Shown here piece by piece: positions 61,301 to 64,000 of a stretch of DNA of 64,000 nt. Position numbers and translations under genes: made by a program. The stretch comes from Deltaproteobacteria bacterium (lineage in GTDB: Bacteria > Myxococcota_A > Polyangia > GCA-2747355 > JADLHG01), in NCBI GenBank assembly GCA_020848905.1, contig JADLHG010000020.1:8230-72229 (forward strand), written 5' to 3'. Position 1 is the first letter of the stretch. Each line of letters starts with the position of its first letter. The notes beneath the pieces are model-generated. The model had not been told where the DNA came from. It saw nothing but the letters and a program-made list of their open reading frames with translations, and made no database searches.

Positions 61301-64000
61301 AACATGCGCCAGAGCGAGCGCAGCGCCGCGTCCAGGGCGACCACGGCCTCGAAGGGGAGAAAGGCCACCCAGAGCGTCATCTTGCTCAGGCGGCGCGCGG
61401 TGGAGCGGGCCACGGTCGCGAGGTGCAAGCGCCAGGGGAGCTTCGCCGGGCGCTGGGTCAGCTCGGCCAGCCCCGGAAGGAGCTCGGGGCCGAGGAGCAG
61501 GGCCAGGACCCCGAGCGTCCAGGAGACGGGCGCGGGGAGCACGAGCCAGCCGAGCAGGAACAAGAGCACGTAGGCCGGCGCGAGAAAGGCGCGACGCAGG
61601 TTGTCGAAGATCTTCCACCAGCCGAGCGCCGCGAGCCACGGCCTCAGGCGCTGTCCCGCGGCGTCGCTGGTGCGGGTGCCCAGCCAGGGGGCGATCTGCC
61701 AGTCGCCGCGCATCCAGCGGTGGCGACGGCTCACGTCCGTCAGGTAGCGCGAGGGAGAGTCTTCGAGCAGCTCCACGTCGCTGCACTGCCCGGTTCGGGC
61801 ATAGCAGGACTCGAGCAGGTCGTGGCTCAGCACCGTGTTGTCGGGGAAGCGCCCGTCGAGCAGCCGGCGAAAGGCCCCCACGTCGTAGATCCCCTTGCCG
61901 ATGAAGGAGGCCTCCCCGAAGAGGTCCTGGTAGAGGTCGGAGACCACGCGCGTGTAGGGGTCGAGGCCCACCTCGCCGGCGAGGAGCCGCGCGTAGTGGC
62001 TCTGCTGGGAGCTTTGCAGCGAGCTGGCCACGCGGGGCTGAAGGATGGCGTAGCCGCGGAGGAGGCGTCGCTTCGCGAGGTCGAGCCGCGGGCGATGCAG
62101 AGGATGCGCGGCGGCGCCCACGAGGCGCCACCCGGCCCCCCACGGCAGGTTCGTATCGGTGTCGAGCGTGATGACGTAGCGGACGGAGTCGAGCTCCGAG
62201 GCGTCCCCCACGATGCGACTGAAGCACTGCCGGTCCTCCCCACAGAGGAGGGCGTTCAGGTCCTCGAGCTTGCCCCGCTTCCGCTCCCGGCCCATCCAGC
62301 ACCCTTCTTGCTGGTTGAAGAGGCGGGGGCGGTGAAAGAGGAAGAAGCGTCCCGGTGCGGCGCCGCCGTAGCGGTCGTTCAGCCCGCGGATGTCGCCCGA
62401 GGCGCGCTCGAGCAGCTCCTCGTCGCCCGGGAGGTGCTCGGTCTTGGCGTCGCCGAAGTCGGTGAGGAGGCCGAACCAGAGGTTCGGGTCGCGGTTGGCG
62501 AGGTACCGCAGCTCGAGTCCTTCGATGAGCTCGGCGATGCGCTCCGGCCGGGTCAACAGCGTGGGGACGATCACCAGCGTGCGGCACGCGTCGGGGATGC
62601 CGTGTTCGAAGTCCAGGCGGGGCAGACCGCGAGGCCGCCAGGTGACCGAGGCCACCCAGTTCACGAGAGCGATTGCGCACTGCGAGGCGGCCACCGCGGC
62701 GGCGAGCGCCAGAGCCACTCTCGCGGACAGCGCGGCGGTCGCGGAGCGGTGCACGACCCACGCGAAAGCCGCGGCGGTGAAAAGCGCGACGGGGCCGAGG
62801 TAGGCCAGGAGCTTCAGGTTGCGCACCAGCCGCGGTCGTAGGAGGCGCGGGCGCACCTCGTCGCGGAGAGCCCGTTCGAGCTGCGGCCTCCCCTCGTCCA
62901 CGAGGAGATACCCCACGTGCGCCCCGACGCCGTCGCTGTCCCGGGCGTGCGCCTCGGCGGCCAGCGCCACCGCGGTGCGGGCCACCTCCTCCTCGTCGAT
63001 GCGGCGCCGCCGTGCGAGGGCCTCGACGACGTGCCGGTAGCTGTCGCGGGTCGCGAAGTCCATCGCGCCGTACACCCCGGATGGCTCGCCCCGCAGGATC
63101 TGCTCGGTCGCGCTCTGCGCTTCGACGAAGGTGTGCCACTCGGTGGCGTTCACGAAGCGCAGGCTAGCAATACTGTTCGCCATCGACGCCTGGTCCGCGG
63201 CCTGACTGCGGCTCTCGCAGCGCACGACCTCCTCGATGGTCTGGCCCCGCTCGGCCAGGCGGTGCTCGAGCCAGGCCGTGACGAAGCCGGTGGGTGCCCC
63301 GCCGCCGCCCTGCAGCGCCTGCGTGAACTGCGCGACGAAGGCCGTCGAGAAGGGAGGGTCCTCGCGCACCATGTCCGCCAGCACGAGCAGGGCGCTCTCG
63401 TGCCCCTCGCCCGGTGAGTTGATCCGCTGGGCCCACGCCAGCGCGCTATCGCGGTGCGCGCGCTGCCAGCTCACGCTCTGCGCGACGCGTCGCAGGTTCT
63501 CGACCAGCGCCAGGCGCAGCATGATCGGCACCGACCAGAGCTCGCCCAGCGTCAGGTGCGTCACCGACTGGTATGCTGCTAAATAGCGAGATAGTGCGTC
63601 GTCGTCAACGCGACCGTCGACGTGGGAGATGAGCTCCTGGATCAGGTCGTAGACGCGGGGCAACCCGGGCGACTCGCCCCCCGCCAGGCGCGGGAGCTGG
63701 CGGCTGTAGCCCGGGGGGCAGTGCTTGCGCGCCAGGTGGATCTGCTCCTCGATCAGATAGTGGTTGTCGAGCAGCCATTCGGCGGCCGGCGTCAGGCGGC
63801 GCCCCCCCGCGTGGGCCTCCGACATGAGCGCGTGACACTGGAGGATCACCTGCTCCGAGTCGGTGAGCCGCTTCAGGAGGCGCCCGCTGCCTCGGCGAGG
63901 CGCCACGCGGTGGGTGGCGGCCAGCGTCCTGGCGTGCAGCTCGAGCTGCTCGATGGTGAGGATCGCCCCGCGCAAGGGAGGCTCGGAGGCGCTGGCGCTG
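55303..64000 (-). CDS. ndvB: cyclic beta-1,2-glucan synthase (Cgs/NdvB/ChvB type; GT84 + GH94-like domains), 5' end probably outside the window
   Basis: ORF 55303..63975 (2890 aa), with the frame open to the window edge. N-terminal TM helices. GT84-type region (PRLDFEHGIPDACRTLVIVPTLLT...FGLLTDFGDAKTEHLPGDEELL...LNDRYG). C-terminal GH94/cellobiose-phosphorylase-like region (GGAYGFRDQLQD, GSGDWNDGMN). Size matches known ~2800-2900-aa synthases. Confidence 0.85.
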   Translation of the reverse strand, partial: SASASEPPLRGAILTIEQLELHARTLAATHRVAPRRGSGRLLKRLTDSEQVILQCHALMSEAHAGGRRLTPAAEWLLDNHYLIEEQIHLARKHCPPGYSRQLPRLAGGESPGLPRVYDLIQELISHVDGRVDDDALSRYLAAYQSVTHLTLGELWSVPIMLRLALVENLRRVAQSVSWQRAHRDSALAWAQRINSPGEGHESALLVLADMVREDPPFSTAFVAQFTQALQGGGGAPTGFVTAWLEHRLAERGQTIEEVVRCESRSQAADQASMANSIASLRFVNATEWHTFVEAQSATEQILRGEPSGVYGAMDFATRDSYRHVVEALARRRRIDEEEVARTAVALAAEAHARDSDGVGAHVGYLLVDEGRPQLERALRDEVRPRLLRPRLVRNLKLLAYLGPVALFTAAAFAWVVHRSATAALSARVALALAAAVAASQCAIALVNWVASVTWRPRGLPRLDFEHGIPDACRTLVIVPTLLTRPERIAELIEGLELRYLANRDPNLWFGLLTDFGDAKTEHLPGDEELLERASGDIRGLNDRYGGAAPGRFFLFHRPRLFNQQEGCWMGRERKRGKLEDLNALLCGEDRQCFSRIVGDASELDSVRYVITLDTDTNLPWGAGWRLVGAAAHPLHRPRLDLAKRRLLRGYAILQPRVASSLQSSQQSHYARLLAGEVGLDPYTRVVSDLYQDLFGEASFIGKGIYDVGAFRRLLDGRFPDNTVLSHDLLESCYARTGQCSDVELLEDSPSRYLTDVSRRHRWMRGDWQIAPWLGTRTSDAAGQRLRPWLAALGWWKIFDNLRRAFLAPAYVLLFLLGWLVLPAPVSWTLGVLALLLGPELLPGLAELTQRPAKLPWRLHLATVARSTARRLSKMTLWVAFLPFEAVVALDAALRSLWRMFFSHKRLLEWQTAAAAESGAASRFGPVLQRMWVAPAVAIATAAFLATRAPAKAGVSASLVLVLWLLSPLIAWWVSRPVRPPSSRLAAEEVGFLRQVARLTWRYFEVFVGPRDNWLPPDNVQELPGLRVAHRTSPTDLGLSLLSNLAAHDLGYLSGGQLLDRTARSIESMETLERHRGHFFNWYETETRKPLAPLYVSSVDSGNLVGHVRVLRSGLLELATAPALPARALDGLRDTFGVLTAQLGGRDEPQARCDPEAFATCSRLLETRAHGLSATRSWLEVLSAASARLAESCDRQRHPEASWWASAFDRHARAFLADLTELAPWLALPPDPRDADTARCLAELDGAATLEALGRLAQQAAETLGADGALGSVRPENPRAALLEALRLGAEAVFARLQQLETLGQRCLGLADAEFSFLFDRQRKLLAIGYWVTERRLDKSFYDLLASEARLASYLAIASGELPFEHWFALGRRLTTARGKQALLSWSGSMFEYLMPLLVMPAYEGTLLHETCAAAVAHQIAYGRQRGVPWGVSESCFGLTDVEGTYQYRAFGVPGLGLQRGLGDDLVISPYASTLALLVDPERACANLRRLSDEACVGAYGFYEAVDFTPTRVPEGQRSTLVRSYMVHHHGMSLLALGQAVLGPEMQRRFLSNPELRAATLLLQERIPKVHALIHPHAREAQVSRRVVRRGPETVNRVLTNPNTPIPEVQLLSNGRYHVMVSAAGAGYSRWNDLAVTRWREDPTSETFGVFCFVGDRATHRSWSSAYQPLLHAGRHYEAIFTPGRAEFRRQDDQIETHTEIAVSAEDDLEIRRLRLTNRSASPRALQVTAYAEVVLAPGVADELHRAFSNLFVHAELVPEHGALLMTRRPRSAEERPPWMFCMLQARSADAGPCSYELERVRAIGRGRSLRRPAFLDDFGPLSGQAGALLDPCVAARRAVELAVDGKVQLDLVIGAAATREAALALVLKYQDHRMADRVFEAAGTHSRAALGHLGASEREALQYAQLASAVIFPVGAYRAPGSILLRNRKGQSGLWGHTISGDLPIVLLRVSDAENLHLVRTLLGAHAYWRTRGLLTDLVIWNEDASGYRRVLNDQIMGLIASGTEAQLVDRPGGVFVRHLDTFPEEDRVLLQAVARIVIRDGEGPLEQQLERWREASLTSRPPMLALARPAPSPPPAEPSGSVRRDLIFSNGTGGFTQDGREYIVDLPPGRQTPAPWVNVIANAQLGTVVSESGSAYTWYGNSQLYRLTPWSNDAVSDPSGEAIYLRDDEGGQTFSPTPGPRPGEGPYACRHGFGYSVFEHQHDGLQTELTTYVAIEAPVKFWALKIRNLSGRSRSVSVFAAVDLVLGDLRSRQAMHVITELDPLTGAILARNSYSSDFPETVAFFDCSETVRSVSGDRAEFLGRNGDPSSPAALRLRRLSGRLGPGLDPCAAMQTRLELPEGAEREVVFILGAAPSAAEAVALVQRHRGRRVARVALEEVWRYWNDKLGVLHAETPDAAVNVLLNGWLPYQVLSCRMWGRSGFYQSGGAYGFRDQLQDCVALLHQTPELSREHLLRSAARQFVEGDVHHWWHPPKGRGVRTSCSDDYLWLPYAVCRYVAFTGDTGVLDEQVPFLAGRQLTDGEESYYDLPSRSDQSGTLYEHCARALLNGLRVGAHGLPLMGSGDWNDGMNRVGHRGKGESVWLGFFLHHVLSQFATLAAARGDEPFARRCGEAAGALEAALETHAWDGEWYRRAYFDDGEPLGSAGSAECRIDALPQAWATIAEVGAPGRRRLALDAVWSELVCQEPPLVKLFAPPFERSAQEPGYIKGYPAGVRENGGQYTHGAVWAALAFALAGRSEQAAALVSLLNPINHALDPAGVDRYKVEPYVLAADVYSHPAWAGRGGWTWYTGSAAWFYRLLHEVILGLERRVDRLHVQPRVPAAWTSFKVHYRYYATFYHLLFTQDPLHAGPPTLTLDGATLAGNVLPLADDRRDHTVEVRFGPSAAEGPPATVRAS

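Noticed and set aside
52936-63139. ORFs of 1089, 1222, 978 and 978 aa (52936..56205+, 56227..59895+, 59905..62841+, 60203..63139-) overlapping the glucan synthase operon
   Set aside because: All are antisense to, or out of frame with, genes that have strong family motifs. Their compositions are dominated by Arg/Gly/Pro/Ala/Glu. They are high-GC artefacts.
1-64000. Scan for rRNA, tRNA, tmRNA, RNase P or other known RNA genes in intergenic regions
   Set aside because: I recognised no cloverleaf-like or known conserved RNA sequence in the short intergenic regions. A tRNAscan or Infernal run would be needed to be sure.

Overview
GC-rich segment (about 70% by eye, not computed), almost certainly from a Myxococcota chromosome. 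The evidence is three proteins ending in MYXO-CTERM-like Gly-Cys + hydrophobic + Arg tails, HAF-type extracellular repeats, and myxobacterial Cys-rich modules. I can support about 48 protein-coding genes. I recognised no rRNA, tRNA, CRISPR array, transposase or integrase. The window is dominated by exported proteins: at least 12 lipobox lipoproteins and many Sec-type signal peptides. Recognisable housekeeping or metabolic genes are an AniA-like lipoprotein nirK, etfB-etfA with an acyl-CoA dehydrogenase and a hydrolase, an SPFH protein, an OmpA/MotB-like lipoprotein, and a giant cyclic beta-1,2-glucan synthase (5' end outside the window) that heads a 4-gene operon. The most unusual locus is 28.6-34.8 kb. 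It holds a PRPP-synthetase-like gene followed by nadE, nadD, pncA and pncB, a complete Preiss-Handler NAD salvage route. All five products begin with a classical cleavable signal peptide, which is unexpected for ATP-dependent cytoplasmic enzymes. This cluster is divergent from an ECF sigma / anti-sigma / exported caspase-like protease operon joined by overlapping stop/start codons. That operon heads a 12-kb co-directional block of secreted proteins, including a legumain-like clan-CD lipoprotein, an FGE-like + DUF2330-like pair, and tandem paralogous lipoproteins. Other points are a duplicated divergent small-membrane-protein module with a conserved ~190-nt leader, a perfect G-quadruplex-type 10-nt tandem repeat, tandem M14-like paralogues, and short tandem or direct repeats in intergenic regions. 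All family calls rest on motif recognition by eye; no searches were run. Most long ORFs in the six-frame track are stop-poor shadow frames typical of high-GC DNA and were rejected.
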